Shown piece by piece: positions 25,484-39,450 of a stretch of DNA of 64,000 nt. A program made the translations under genes and the position numbers. Numbering within the stretch: position 1 is the first letter of the stretch; the number at the start of each line of letters is the position of its first letter. This DNA is from Lytechinus pictus (Eukaryota). The DNA is taken from the NCBI RefSeq assembly GCF_037042905.1, contig NC_087251.1, positions 39,186,001 to 39,250,000 on the forward strand. Direction: 5' to 3'. The notes under the pieces are model-generated. The model worked only from the letters and a program-made list of their open reading frames with translations. It was not told the DNA's origin and made no database searches.

Positions 25484-27119
25484 CAGGGACTCGGTTTTAT
25501 AATTATAAGGGGAGCAATAAAAAGCTCTCCTAGAACTTTTAAGGAGAGCGGTAGAGGAGCACTTCAAAAAGCTCTTCTTCAACATACGAGGGGAGCTTTT
25601 TGCCCAATTAACAAAATGGATGGAGGAAATGTATGTACTATAAAATTACAAGCAACAACCAAAGGAAGTATTTATAATTGTTTTACAATGTATTGTAATT
25701 AGATTGTGTGTTGTAAAACCTGTTTTAGTTAGGTTTTGACTTTGGCTAAAAGTAAGTCACTGACAATTTTTTTTTTTTTTCGGGGGCTCCATTTTAATTT
25801 TTTTGTCAAATTTCGGGGGCTCTTTTTAAATGCTACTTTTTTGTATTTTGAGGAATACCTGTTCACTTATTAAGGAATTATTACTTTTTGTTTAATATTG
25901 TATGATTTTTAAAGTTATTTATCATGTTTAGAATCTTGGATGTGGGTGTGTGTGGATGGGTGGGTGTGTGTGGGTGTGTGTGTGACTGTGAGTTGGACTT
26001 GGATATAAATGAATTCAATATCTAATTTCTACTCCATTTAATCCAGTACAATACCCTAGTCAGCCATGTACATGTAATAAAGGCCCACTTACCCTAACTT
26101 TTCCTGAAGTTCTTTGAAAACGCAGATCTCCATGAAAATTTAATTTCTCTATGGGGGAGTCTAAATTTGGTGATAATGTATTCATTAAGAACTTAAATAT
26201 ACATGACAATGAAGAAATCATCAAACTTTATTGGCAGTTTTGAATAATATTCCTGAAATGTAAACTCTGTCTGAAACAGAAAATCACCATCATTGAGGCC
26301 TTTACTGAGCGAATTGTCCCCCAGAGCTCTGGCAGAGAGACAGAGCTCCAACTGGCTAGCTAGTAAAAGCGCCAATGCGTGAGCCTGCCGCCGTCCTTGT
26401 AAAAAAGATGGAGCTTTGTTTGATGATTTATTGTCTGATATAATACCTCATCCCCTAGAAAAAGAAAACAAATGATTTTTTGGTTATAATTGATAAATTA
26501 GATAACTTATTTTGGAAGTTAATAAGCCGTTTTGAAAAGCAAAGCCGAATGACAACTCACCAATGCTAGGTTACTAGACTCTGGGATTTATTTCCTGTGT
26601 AATTCGAATTATTTTATCACAGAATTGTGATATCTGTAGGGGAAACATGTGCATTCGAAATGACACACGGTGGTAGTCATAATGGACCCCTATACATGCA
26701 ACTCTTTCCCGACCGTTGCATTGGTTTTTTTTTCCATACCTGGTACCATGTGTATGGAAATACGTGGTACAGAAAAAATAACGCAACTTCGGAATTTGAA
26801 ACTGCGCTACTCGCTACTTTTAAGGCTTATTCGTGATTTTGAGTGTGGATTTTGGATGGTTTTTAAATGGTAAGCGGAGCTCGAGCATATGGCACTAGTG
26901 GGCCGTTGAGTTGTTATCACTCGGCAATAATTTCGGGGGCGACATTCAGATTTTATGTCGCCCCCGAAGGCATGATTTTGGGTGATTTCGAGGGCGACTT
27001 TAGGCATTTTCGCGCAGGTCAGCTATCGCGAGGCGCGCTATTAATCGCGCTACCAAAAATGGATTAAGGCGCGCATGTAGCGCGCGATCGCTCTCGCGCG
27101 CCTTAAAATCGAGTCCCTG
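25484..27119. mobile_element. hAT-like non-autonomous element (1.6 kb) with 6-bp TSD
   Basis: TIR CAGGGACTCG.TTTTA / TAAAATCGAGTCCCTG; TCTAAG on both flanks; CpG-rich right end. Confidence 0.8.
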
Positions 27120-27546
27120 TCTAAGGGCTGCTTTTATGTAAATTGTGAACTGCAATTTTTGTTCAACGAATTTAAAAGATTTCTTGTGCATTAGGTCCAT
27201 TAATTGTTTCATACTTTCTATGAAAAATGAAAATGTTATTAACCATTAAAAAATGGAAACTTGGAGCCTACAAAGCAATGTCGTTGCAACTTTTTAGGTG
27301 AATCAATTCAGATGCGGAGAGGTATTCATCCTGCAAAGGGGATGTTCAGTATTTAGGATGTACGTCCCTGGCAAAAGCACATGAAAGCAATCACGTTTTC
27401 CCAAGATTGAATCAAACAGATCAAAACAATTAATAATACTACGAACAAATATGCACCAGCTTTCCAAGTCATAAAAACCAGCAAAAGCAAAAAGGTCCTA
27501 CTACTTTTCTTCATGAAACCAATCTAAGTCTAGACAAATCATCATA

Positions 27547-30500
27547 TAGACGGGTCAATATATGGTTTGACCCGGAACAAATTGCAACAAATGATTTTTC
27601 AACTGTTTCTGGCAGTATTTGACCTCAGGAATAACATACTAAAAATCTACCAAAATCCGCATCCGGGAAAGTGGTTATTTTCAAGATGGCGTCCAAGATG
27701 GCCGCCATTCACTAACAAGTGGAATGCCTCTGGCCGTCTCACCTGCATCACGCGATTCAATATAGCAGCAGTGCTGATTTTGAAAACTACTATAACTCGC
27801 ACAAGATGTTCAGTGATACTTGGTCACTCTTATTTCCACGTTTTATGAACTAGACCAATACACTTATAGAGATATGATGGCAATTCAACAAATACCCCCA
27901 ACGTGGCCAAAGTTCTTTGACCTTACATGACCTTTGACCTTGATCATGTGACCTGAAACTCGCACAGGATGTTCAGTGATACTTGATTACTATTATGTCT
28001 AAGTTTTATGAACTAGACCAACACACTTTCAAATTTATGGCTGTAATTCAACAAATACCCCAATTTGGCCAAAGTTCATTGACCCTAAATGACCTTTGAC
28101 CTTGATCATGTGACCTGAAACTTGCACAGGATGTTCAGTAATACTTGATTACTATTATGTCCAAGTTTCATGAATCAGATCCATAAACTTTCAAAGTTAT
28201 GATGGTAATTCAACAGATACCCCCAATTCGGCCAAAGTTCATTGACCCTAAATGACCTTTGACCTTGATCATGTGATGTGAAACTCATGCAGGATGTTCA
28301 GTGATACTTGATTAACCTTATGTATAAGTTTCATGAACTAGGTCCATATATTTTTTAAGTTATGATGACATTTCAAAAACTTAACCTTAGGTTAAGATTT
28401 TGATGTTGATTCCCCCAACATGGTCTAAGTTCATTGACCCTAAATGACCTTTGACCTTGGTCATGTGACATGAAACTCAGGCAGGATGTTCAGTAATACT
28501 TGATTAACCTTATGGCCAAGTTTCATGAACTAGGTCCATATACTTTCTAAGTTATGATGTCATTTCAAAAACTTAACCTCAGGTTAAGATTTGGTGTTGA
28601 CGCCGCCGCCGCCGTCGCCGCCGCCGCCGCCGTCGCCGTCGGAAAAGCGGCGCCTATAGTCTCACTCTGCTATGCAGGTGAGACAAAAATGGATATAACT
28701 CACTCATTATCCACCCTAGAATCCTATTTGGGTTCATATTCCATGGTCCAATGGGTAAACGAATTTATTTAGACAAGTTAGAGTGAATATTAGCACTCCA
28801 AGGTACCAGGAAAATCCAAGATGGCGCCCAAATTGGCTGCCGTAGTCTAAAAAATCCACAATTCATCTATTACTTACTTAAGTGGCTTTAATTTGGTTTC
28901 CATTCGATTGTTTTAATGGTGAAGTAGTACATCGGGACAAGTTACAAGGACAGTCAGTGGTCTGGTGTGTCCATAAATACAAGATGGCTTCCAAAAATAT
29001 TGAGTTTAAAATGGCTGTTTATCCTTAAAATGGGCATAGCTCATATCACATCTACCTGAGAGATATGATTTTGGTGTCTAGACCATGGTTTCAATGGTCA
29101 AATAATACATTGTGACAAGTTACAAGGACAGTCAGTGGTCCGGTATGTTAAAAAATCCAAGATGGCTTCCAAAAATGGAGTAAAAAATGCTGTTGCTACT
29201 TAAAAAAACCCAACATAGTTCGTTCAATATCCGGGAATATGATTTTTGTGCCTATACCATGGTTAAATGGGTCAAATAATAAATTGGGATAAGTTACAAG
29301 GACGATGGGTGGTCAAGTATGTCCAAAAGTCCACGGTGGCTTAAAAAATAGTATCAATTAGCCGCGATGGTATTTAAAAATGCAAATTGTTCATGTTATA
29401 TTCGTCAAGGGCATATGATTTTGTTGCCTATATCATGGTTTCAAAAGGAATAAAATGAGTTACAAGGACAGTCAGTGGTCCAGTATGTCGAAAATCTAAG
29501 AAAGCTTCCAAAAATCGGAGTCTAAAATGACTGCTGTTACTTTTAAAATGGACATAGTTCATTATCCACCAAGGAGATATGATTTCGGTGACCACACTAT
29601 GGTTTCATGGTTAAAACAATACGTTTGGACTGGTTACATTGATATGCAGTTGTCCAGTTTGCCTAAAACACAAGAGGGTTTTTAAAAAGGGAATCTAAAA
29701 CGACTCATATTCAATAGTGGTCAGAGTTCTACAATATTCACCTGTAAGAAATAATGTTGGTGTCCAAATTGTGGTATGAAGGGTCAAATAATACAATCGG
29801 ACAAGTAACAAGGATGTACTCAGTACTTAGTACTCAATGTTGTCAAAGAATCCATGATGGATTCTAAAATTTCATCAAAATGGGTGCTGTACTAACTCAT
29901 GAAACAATAATAACTTGTCCCCATGCATTTAAGTGCAGGAACCTAGATTATTTCTAACAGGTAGATATTTTACGTAACAGTAGTCACTTTAGAACCCATT
30001 TTTTAAGTTTACTTGGATTTTGAGGCAAAATGGATAGCTGCATATCATGGTAACCAGTCCCAAAGTATTGTTTGGCCCTTGAAACCCTAGTGTAGACACC
30101 AAAATAATATCCCCAAGGTGTATTTATAATGTTCTGCATCCACTTTTAAGTAACAGCAGCCGTTTAAGACCCCCATTTTTAAAGCCATCTTCGATTTTTG
30201 GACATACCTGACACCTGACTGTCCTTTCAACTTAACCAAATGTATTGCTTGACCCTGTAAACTCTAGCATAGACAGCAAAATCATACCTCCAAGGTGTAT
30301 TTATAATAAACTATGCATACTTGTAAGTAACAACAGTCAATTTACACCCCATTTTTTTTTAAAGTAATCTAGGATTTTTAAAATACAGACAACTGATTGG
30401 TCTTGTAACTGACCCTAGTGTATTACTTGACCTTTTTAAACCATGGTTTAACACCAAACTCATTTTCCCCATACAGATATTAAACAAACTATGTCCTTTT

Positions 30501-31877
30501 ATAAGTAACATCAGACATTTTTTACTCCATTTTTGGAAGCCATCTTGGAATTTTGGACATACTAGACCACTGACTGCCATTGTCTTGTCCTAATATATAA
30601 TTTGACCCTTGAAACCATAGTTTAGACACCGAAATCATATCTCACAGGCGGATTTAAAATGATATATGCCATTTTAAAGTATCAACAGCCATTTTAAAAT
30701 CAGGTTTTGGAAGCCATATTGGATTTTTGGTCATACCAGACCACTGACTGGCCTTAAAATATGTCCTAATGTATCATTTTGGCCCTCAAACCAGTGGTTT
30801 AGACACCAAAATCACATTTCCCAGGCCGATATGAAATGAGCTTTGTCCGCTTTAAGTATCAGCAGCATATTTTTAAGATCAATTTTTGGACGCCATCTTC
30901 GATTTTTGGACATACCAGACCATTGACTTTCCTTGTAACTTATCCTAATATATTATTTGACCCTTGAAACCAGTGGTTTAGACATGAAAATCACATATCC
31001 CAGGTCAAAATGAAATGAGCTTTGTCCGCTTTAAGTATTAGCAGCCATTTCAGAATCATTTTTTGAAATCCATCGGGGATTTTTGCACATACCAGACCAC
31101 TGACTTTCCTTGTAACTTATCCCAATGTATTATTTGACCCATTTAACCATGGTAGAGACACAAAAATCATATTTCTGGACATTGAACAAACTATGTCGGA
31201 TTTTTTTAAGTAGCAACAGCAATTTTCGACTCCATTTTTGGAAGCCATCTTTGATTTTTTTAACATACTGCACCACTGACTGTCCTTGTAACTTGTCCCA
31301 ATGTCTTATTTGACCATTGAAATCATGGTCTAGTCACCAAAATCATTATGTCCCAGGCGAATATGAAATGAACTTTGTCCATTTTAATTATCAACAGCCA
31401 TTTTAAACTCCATTCTTGGAAGCCATCTTGGATTCTTGGACACACCAGACCACTGGCTGTCCTTGTAACTTGTTTCAATGTACTATTTCACCCTCAAAAC
31501 CATTGAATAGAAAACAAATTTAGATGAATTGTGGATTTTCAGCCTACAGCAGCCATTTTGGGCGCCATCTTGGATTTGCCTGGTACACTGGAGGGCTTAT
31601 AATTCATTCTAGCCTATATCAATTTTTTTACCCCCAGACCATGGAATATGAACCGAATTAGGATTCTATGGTGGATAATGTGTCATTTGTATCCATTTTC
31701 AGTGAATGGCGGCCATCTTGGACGCCATCTTGAAAATAACCACTTTCCCGTATGCGGATTTTGGTAGATTTTTAGTATGTTATTCCTGAGGTCAAATAGT
31801 ACAAAATACCGTTGAAAAATCATTTGTTGCAATTTGTTCCGGGTAAGGCTATTTTTGGTCGTATATTGACCCGTCTA
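27547..31877. mobile_element. Large foldback DNA transposon, Academ-like; arms built from ~185-bp subrepeats; contains HINE copy 2
   Basis: Termini TAGACGGGTCAATATA / TATATTGACCCGTCTA; ATA 3-bp TSD; arms complementary for over 1 kb; no ORF. Superfamily inferred from TAG ends plus 3-bp TSD. Confidence 0.8.
27714..28689 (+). mobile_element. HINE-type element, copy 2 (nearly identical to copy 1)
   Basis: Same structure as copy 1; splits CACT|AAAA|TGGAT of the host TIR, which is uninterrupted in the right arm near 31691-31715. Confidence 0.85.
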
Positions 31878-32771
31878 ATAAGTAAACACATTATCCACTG
31901 CAGTGCACATAGCCAATCAAATCAGTGGAGTTTTTCATGAATATTCTTGTCAGTGATTTTTCACTGACCAACCGCCCTCAGCCAATCAGATGCACAGATT
32001 TCCAATAGCTTATAATATTTAGTCAGTGAAAATTCACTATTTGCTTTGTGAAACCCACTCCCCTGATCAACACAAACCTATTGTGATACAAATTTACAAA
32101 CAAAAGCTCCTCTCTGCCACCCTTCCTTTCAGCCAAGGACAGAATAGGGGTGTCAACAATGGGCCAAAGTTTGGCCATCTCACCAGTACAGAAGCCTATT
32201 CATCTAATCTACAGTCTTACAGTTTACAGTTTAGGAGAAACTTTCCAATAGTACACAAGGAGTCAAGAAAAGAAGGTGCCATTGTTTGGGTCAGCTTTCC
32301 AAACTGGGTTTTAATTCTAAGATTAAGTTGAGTTCTACTCTTGCATTGTCATAAGTAACTCCTTTGGAGTGAATGGAGCTAGATGATCATACATGTATAG
32401 CAGACCCATACTGCCAGGATTTGGAAACATAATTTCTGTCCGAACAAGGAATTGCTGTATGATTATGATTCAATGCTGTACAAGCTCCAAATCTTCATTA
32501 TAAGTTTGTGCTCATATGAAAGAATTTTATGAGCCATCCATTTATGTTTTAGTGGAGATTTTTCAATACCATTGAAATAACGAAATACTAAGGTTGCTAC
32601 TTTCCATATTACAATAAAAATGGCAATGCATATTTAGCTGTATTGTGAGCTGTATTGTGTCTTGCCCACTTGTGAAAATAAACATTCACCCTTCTAACTC
32701 AAACAAAATGACCTCAAACAACCTTTGACCTTTTGACATTTGAACCATAAAAATGAAAGCCCTGTCATTGC

Positions 32772-33647
32772 AGGGCCGTCTGCACCATCCCGAGTTTTCA
32801 AATTAGCGCGCTATTTCTGATCCGGCAAATTATCCCGATCTGAAAAATCTCGAGATAGTTGGCGGTGCAGACGCAATTATCGCGCTAGTTCGTAGGATTA
32901 ATCTCGAGATTGCAATCCCAAGTCAACTCGGTTTATTTGCAAAATAGCGCGCTATTTTACGAATTACCCCGCTAATTCGTCGGTGCAGACGCACTCGAGA
33001 TTGGACTCGGGGTAATTTATTCATGACGTCAGTCCATAATGCAATTCGCGTTCCACTTCCGCCTTGGTCAAAACATAAACACGTGCGAAAGTCAACTTTA
33101 TACACGCGAATAGCGTTCATAAGCAACGATGGTGTCCCACCAGTGAATGGATTTTGGGAGAGACCAGACCGAAGGGGGAGGCGCTCATCGACGATGGTCA
33201 TATTCAATAACAACACTGACAGCAGTGTTGTCTTATTCCTTCGCAAAATGTGAGCAAATAGCATTTCTTTCCTCCTTCTCTCCCTCTCTCTCTCTCTGTC
33301 GTTGCCTCCTACTCCGCCATCATATTTAACGAAGAATACATCACTTCTTCACTCGCTGAGCTGAGAGGATTGTTGCATAACACCGGTTGAATTCGGCGAA
33401 AGTGCTAGTGAAAGGAGTACATTGCTTGCATATCGCGGGAAGTTATTCAAAAGCGCGGGCCGTTGAAACTCCAAGATCCGAAAGTGCGCATGCTCGTAAT
33501 ATCGGGCTTGTTGCCTCGCTCGAGCAGGAATCGCTCTTCGTGGGATGGTGCAGACGGGGTTTCTTGAATCTCGAGATTAATCGCGAAGAGGGCTGATCGG
33601 GCTAAAATCTCGAGATTGAGCAAACTCGGGATGGTGCAGCACCGCCT
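32772..33647. mobile_element. PIF/Harbinger non-autonomous element with a probable transposase N-terminal relic
   Basis: TGC TSD; TIR AGG.C.G..TGCACCATCCCGAGTTT; minus-strand peptide SVWSLPKSIHWWDTIV at ~33125-33172. Confidence 0.8.
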
Positions 33648-34365
33648 TGCATCAATTATAGTCAAAGTAAGCTTGGATGCCATCCAAGTAATGGGTGCAA
33701 ATTTACAGGTTCAAACAGTCTTGCAGGTAAACATGAACATATGACCTCAAATGACCTTTGATCTAAGCATGTGACCCGAGCACCACAATATGTTCTGTCA
33801 GAGTGCATCAACATACCAACTTTGTTTGCAATCAGAGATACAAATGTATCCCATTCCAGAATTTCTACAAATAGTCCTTAAAATGTTGTCTTAATACTTG
33901 TAACTGAGGGTGGACAATGGAGAGGTACCATTCGGATCCCTCATTTTCGCCTTCATCTCCAGTGGGCAAGACAAAAGGGGTTCATTGTCAACTTAAGCTT
34001 AACAAACTGCTCAACTTCGAGTGCTTTTGTTCCTTAACCCACCCTACTTGGCTACTGTTCTTGCAATTAAGCACCAAGTGCTTTTTAATTACCAGTCTGT
34101 AGTACTATCATGAAAGGCAGTATCAATTACATTGTATTTGTAATCTAAAGATGTACACAACAATAAGTTCTATTATTAGCTTACTGTACAAGAACATAAT
34201 TTGTGACATGGAAATAACTAGCAAAATAAATGTACTGTGTTGCCAATCACTGATCAAAGTGAATATTTTTTTCAATTTACTAATTCATGCAGCAGGACAT
34301 GTATGGACTTGCTTGCTTTTATGTTAATTGGTATGATTTTTAAAAACTTTCTATTGAAAATTAAT

Positions 34366-34604
34366 GGGCCCGTATTCTGAACTCGGGTTTAAATTCAAGC
34401 CTGGTTTAAAGTTGTGGTTTAACTATGGATAGCCAATTGGGGCACAAATTCCTAACAGTACACATCCAATTTATTAACTCAAATTTCACTCAAAATGTTC
34501 ACAAATATACAATATACACAGAATTGTTGAATTTCTGGCTCCCCATAATGTTAGCACAGAGTTAGACCATGGTCCAAGTTAAGCCCAACTTCAGAATATG
34601 GGCC
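34366..34604. mobile_element. Short MITE
   Basis: TIRs GGCCCGTATTCTGAACTCGGGTTTAA / TTAAGCCCAACTTCAGAATATGGGCC. Confidence 0.7.
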
Positions 34605-35573
34605 ATAGTGTTCTTTCATAGTTTCAAATCCATATTTACATATATGTTCTAGTCTAATACTGTAGTCTTTACAAATCTATTTCAGGCAAAGGTACATTGA
34701 AAATATTTGCAAATAACTAGAAACTTGATCAGCACACCCCACCATACGCCACCCTACCCACACACAGCAATACAATTTGAAAGATCACTACTAACATTCT
34801 ACAATGTATATAGGATAGAGTTTTAATAATCAATGCACAATTTTATTATGCAAGATGTCCTTGCTCAAGTAAAAAAAAAATATGTTGATACGCAATCTTG
34901 TACCATGTAACTCGATTCATTTGTAACATCACTGGTACTGATCAATTACACACTTCAACAATCCGCAAAAGTATCCAGACATACCCAATGGCAGAAAATC
35001 AATGTGGTGTATTCATTATGATGGTACCATGTATCAACTATTGACAAGAGGTTACACACCTCCCGGATATACTTCACTGTTAAACTTCAGTGTGTGGATG
35101 ACTTGGATGAACAGGGGAGTGTTTCATGAAACAAATAGTCATTTTCACTGACTAAGTTGTTCTGGGCCAATCAGATGCACTGATTTCAGTAGCTTATAAC
35201 AGTTTCAGAGAAAATCACTGAACTAGTTGTTTGTTTCATTTGACTATTTGACTTGCATTAAAATTGAGTCAGAAGATGTAAAAGATAATGTTTTGCCCAT
35301 TCTGGTCTGAATAATACTTCATGTTAGATGATTACTCTACTTATGGAAGGTTGATTCATGCAGAATCTACTGTATTCATAACATGCATGACATAAACACA
35401 TATTTTTAATGAGAGCTACAGTGTCACTCAGTACATCAAGAATGTACTTTATAATACATTACAATGATATCATTATCACCAGAGCAATGGACAAAACGAC
35501 CTTCTTAGAACCTTCAGACAGAACCTTGAACAAGTTAGTACAACAATAAAATGTGATAAGAAGCCCTACTTAC

Positions 35574-35630
35574 CCGAAGGATTTCCGGTGATATATAGTC
35601 TGGCGTGCCTACAGCAACATTTGACATAAC
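35574..35630 (-). CDS. CDC42BPA: MRCK exon 6 (VMSNVAVGTPDYISPEILR), 57 nt
   Basis: aatttag| and |gtaagt; activation segment and P+1 loop. Confidence 0.95.
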
Positions 35631-36066
35631 CTAAATTGGATACAGGAGAAGACAGTATACAAATAATGAATGTTTATGAGTGCAATAGATCATTACATCT
35701 TTCAACAAATGAAGACTTCTGTCCATTGCAGAAATGAAAAAAAACACAGTAATTATCGTATGACGTAAAAAAATAGATCCTTGTCGTTTGAACTTTATGA
35801 ATTTGGATGCAAAAGTGCGAACAGTGCATATAGCCATATGCCTGCCATTTAATGCATTCAAAATAATTGACTGAAGTCTTCTTGTATGGTTTCTTCAATT
35901 AAGGGTTGATTACCTGGGCAAAGCTTAAACAAAATACCACAGTTGATCCAGGATTCCACCGAAGTCAAACTCTGAAGTGAAATGGTCTGGTCTGGCATCA
36001 CTTTTAATTGCATACCAGTCCCTAATCTGGCTAGAGCTTACCACGGTCAGCCCTTAAAAAACTTAC

Positions 36067-36309
36067 CGTATTATCCGGGAGCATCCGGAGGCAGGAGCCG
36101 AAGTCTGCCAGTCGTATGTGGCCATGCTTGTCCAGGAGTACATTGTCCGGTTTGATGTCCCGGTGGACATACCGAAGCATGTGCACAGAGTCGATGGCGA
36201 GCACCATCTCAGCCACGTAGAAGCGGGACATGTCCTCGGGTAGCCGGTCATCGAACTTGCTGATGAGAGTCAAAAGGTCACCACCGCTGTAATAATCCAT
36301 GACCAAGTA
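36067..36309 (-). CDS. CDC42BPA: MRCK exon 5 ([15 protein letters not shown]...HRDIKPDN...[13 protein letters not shown]), 243 nt
   Basis: ttccag| and |gtaagt; catalytic loop and DFG. Confidence 0.96.
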
Positions 36310-36341
36310 CTGGAAGGAAATACACAGGAAGATGCAAATAA

Positions 36342-36732
36342 TACCCCTTTCATAAACCCAATAAAACCCAATTATGCGGCTAATAGCAGCATAATTTGGT
36401 CGTAAAATCAGAGGAGGACAAGAGTTATCCGCATTATTCTGATGCTGCTATTATCCGCATAATAGCGGCATCGGGACAAGATTTTGAGTTTATGAACGTA
36501 TTTCCAAATAATGCGGATAATTGCCATGGTGCGGTCACAAGGTCACCCTTTTCCAACACAACCGCATCGGAGGAGGCGTGTCCAGTTGTCATGACGATTA
36601 TCCGCCTTTTTCAGGACGGGCGCTCGTAAAAATAATTTTCAGAGTTTGTGAACGCAATTTTTATTGAATTATCCGCATTACTCTTAGGCGGCTAATTGGA
36701 GGATATGTTTTATTGGGTTTATGAAAGGGGTA
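36342..36732. mobile_element. Harbinger/Tourist-like MITE about 30 nt from the exon 5 acceptor
   Basis: Perfect 26-bp TIR TACCCCTTTCATAAACCCAATAAAAC; TAA TSD. Confidence 0.9.
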
Positions 36733-37170
36733 TAAAAGGCAGATCAATATCCATATCCTCTTCTGCTATCTCTATATTATATCCGAATTAATCCTCAATC
36801 ATTCCGCCCTAATCTCTTTGGAAATTAGTTCTTGTTGCTAAGTTCTACCACACTTAATATAGCTTACACTTTATCCAATGATCAACAATTTAGCAATACT
36901 GGTGAATTGCTTTGATCGATGACCACTCTGGACAATAATGGGCATATACAGCAAATAACCAACAACTACCATCCCAATATTCTTTCCTAATTGTTGCGGT
37001 TACTTTCACCACATTGGGAATTATTTTTCTTCTTTCAATGAAGTTAAGTTGTGAAGATTAGGAATAGCTTAAAATCGCAATAGGGATTATTTTCCTCAAC
37101 AAATGAAGTTCACTTTGTAAAGACTAAAGATTATGGAACAGCTTTAGATATTCTTGAAAAGAATTCTTAC

Positions 37171-37266
37171 CAAGAAATCATCATCTTGGAAAGCATAATG
37201 AAGATTGGTGATCCACCTGCTATCTCCATGTACAAGAACATCTCTCTCCTCAACAAAACATGCTGT
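37171..37266 (-). CDS. CDC42BPA: MRCK exon 4 ([32 protein letters not shown]), 96 nt
   Basis: aaacag| and |gtaaga; alphaC Glu (EERD). Confidence 0.95.
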
Positions 37267-39450
37267 CTGTTTCAGAAAACATTAACACAAAATATATTTG
37301 TTATGTCAGCGAAATACATTTGTCAGCAAAGTACATGTTAACAATAAGAAAAACGTCTATTCATCCAACAGGCTTATTTGTTACTTGAAATAATGAATGC
37401 ATTGAAACTCAGGTAAAATTTACACATACATGAATATTATCTGATGCTATGTGAGGCAACCATCTCTAAAGAATTAAGATAGAATTGCATTTAATGAAAA
37501 TAAATGAAACTTAACTTTCACTTTTATGTTTTGCACCGTAACTGTGAGATTATGCAAAGTGATACCACATTACATTCCATGAGGCCTGTTAATCATGTAA
37601 TAACTCAAAATCCAGATCATAATATGATCCTCATTCTAATCTGAATGTATGAATCAACAGCTTAACTTATGACATTTTACTTTAAGTTAACATTAAAAAA
37701 ACAATTCATCCACAAAGCAAATAATAAAACAGTTCCTGAATTACATTGCACCTTTAAGAAATTATATAGCTTTCAAAGGAGCGATCTATACGAGGCTTTC
37801 GGAATGAGATCACTTTTGCAGACAGCCTTGGGACTGATCAAAAAATGTCACGCATCATTCTGAGATGTCTTTGCCGGTTCCTATTAAATATCACACCTAC
37901 ATAATGTACATTTAACTGATGACAACATTGCATGCAGACACACTACAAACTTTTAATGCCCATGAATAGTATATATAGGGACCTTCAAATGAACTATCCC
38001 CAAATAAGGATGATTCTGTTATTTCTATGGGCTCTTTCACATTGACTTGTAAACATTTTTTTCTTTATAGCTCATTTCAATTTCATGATACCGTCATAGC
38101 ATAAAAGAAGCCTCTCATTCCTCCTCTTCAAACACAAGCAAACTTTATCAGATATATCATCAAATTCTGAAAACTGCCAATGACTTTCCATAGTGCTCCT
38201 ACGAATGCTGGTCAATTAGATCGATTCCGGGCAAAGAAAATGCAAGTAAATCCCCAGAAATTTTCATTTCAAACCAAAACCTGAAGGAGCTCATCATTAT
38301 TGAATGTTTTTCCACAATTATTTTTGGTAAAACAATCCAAGAGTCTGTCATTTTATATGTGACCATTGCAATGTACATTTGAAAAACATACTAATTACAT
38401 CTAAAATACGAAATATACACCACCATTGTTCTTGCACATCCCATTTTAACCCACACATCTCGTTGCACCAATGTCATCATCATATCTTGTTTAATTCATG
38501 GTCTCGACAGTTCTGCACCTGATTCAAGCAGAACGTCACATTGAATAATTCATGTTCTCGGGGAGCAATTAGGCTACATGTTACCTTCAGGGTGCTCTGC
38601 ACGTTACAACCGTACACCCTTTCACTTCCCCCCTTCCCTGTTCCTTTCCGACCATCTCTAAATGTGAAATCTGCCTCAATCTGCATTTGTATACTCATAA
38701 ATTCACACTCAATCCACCTTCCCTTCCTTTTCCTCTTGACATAAAAATAACCTCATCTCTATACATGTACAGTCTTACACTCCCCCACCCCTTGATTCTC
38801 TTCCTCTCTTCATACTCTTCTTCTTCTTTTTTTCCTTTACTATGCCCTTATTGTATTTAAGAGAGTGGGTTTTCTTTTATATTTGGGGGGGGGGGGTGGC
38901 TTCTCTGTCACATCTCAATATTTCAGATCCCATTCTTCCTCTTTTCTTTGAAATGACTATTCTTCTTGGCCTTAATTTATTTTAGTGGGTGTTTTTTTTG
39001 GGGGGGGGGTGCAGGGTGTAGGTTTCTCGTCTCACTTCAATGCTATCAAGTGTATTTCTAGATCACCAACTTCAAGTTTCACGAAAATCCAATTTCAACA
39101 CCACCCCCCATCCCCCTCCTCTTCCTATTGATCACGTACGAATCTAAACTTGCTATTGCATGCAACATGTAATAATCGCACTTGCTGGCTTGTCTACACG
39201 GAATCCAATCCTGGATATGGCCATGAATAATGAAACTCTACTTCCCTCGAAATGACTACAGCCTATAACATAATGGTTGGCAATCGATTTCAGGCTGAAT
39301 TCTATGACCGGTCGCATTGATATCTGTGTATGATCCTTCGTAAAAATCAACCGTACAATCAATCACTAGGCTTTATGCAAATGGGGGCCAAGCATAAGGG
39401 GGGGGGGTTGTACGGGTCATTCATCCCTTCTTTGAATGCATCATTCTTAC

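Noticed and set aside
23512..28772. Two similar poly-Ala ORFs (MxSFQKLNLRLRFGVDAAAA...)
   Set aside because: Translation of the GCC microsatellite at the 3' end of HINE copies
22860..31500. Regularly spaced repeats resembling a CRISPR array
   Set aside because: Eukaryotic intron, whole units repeat with no unique spacers, no cas genes; these are internal transposon repeats
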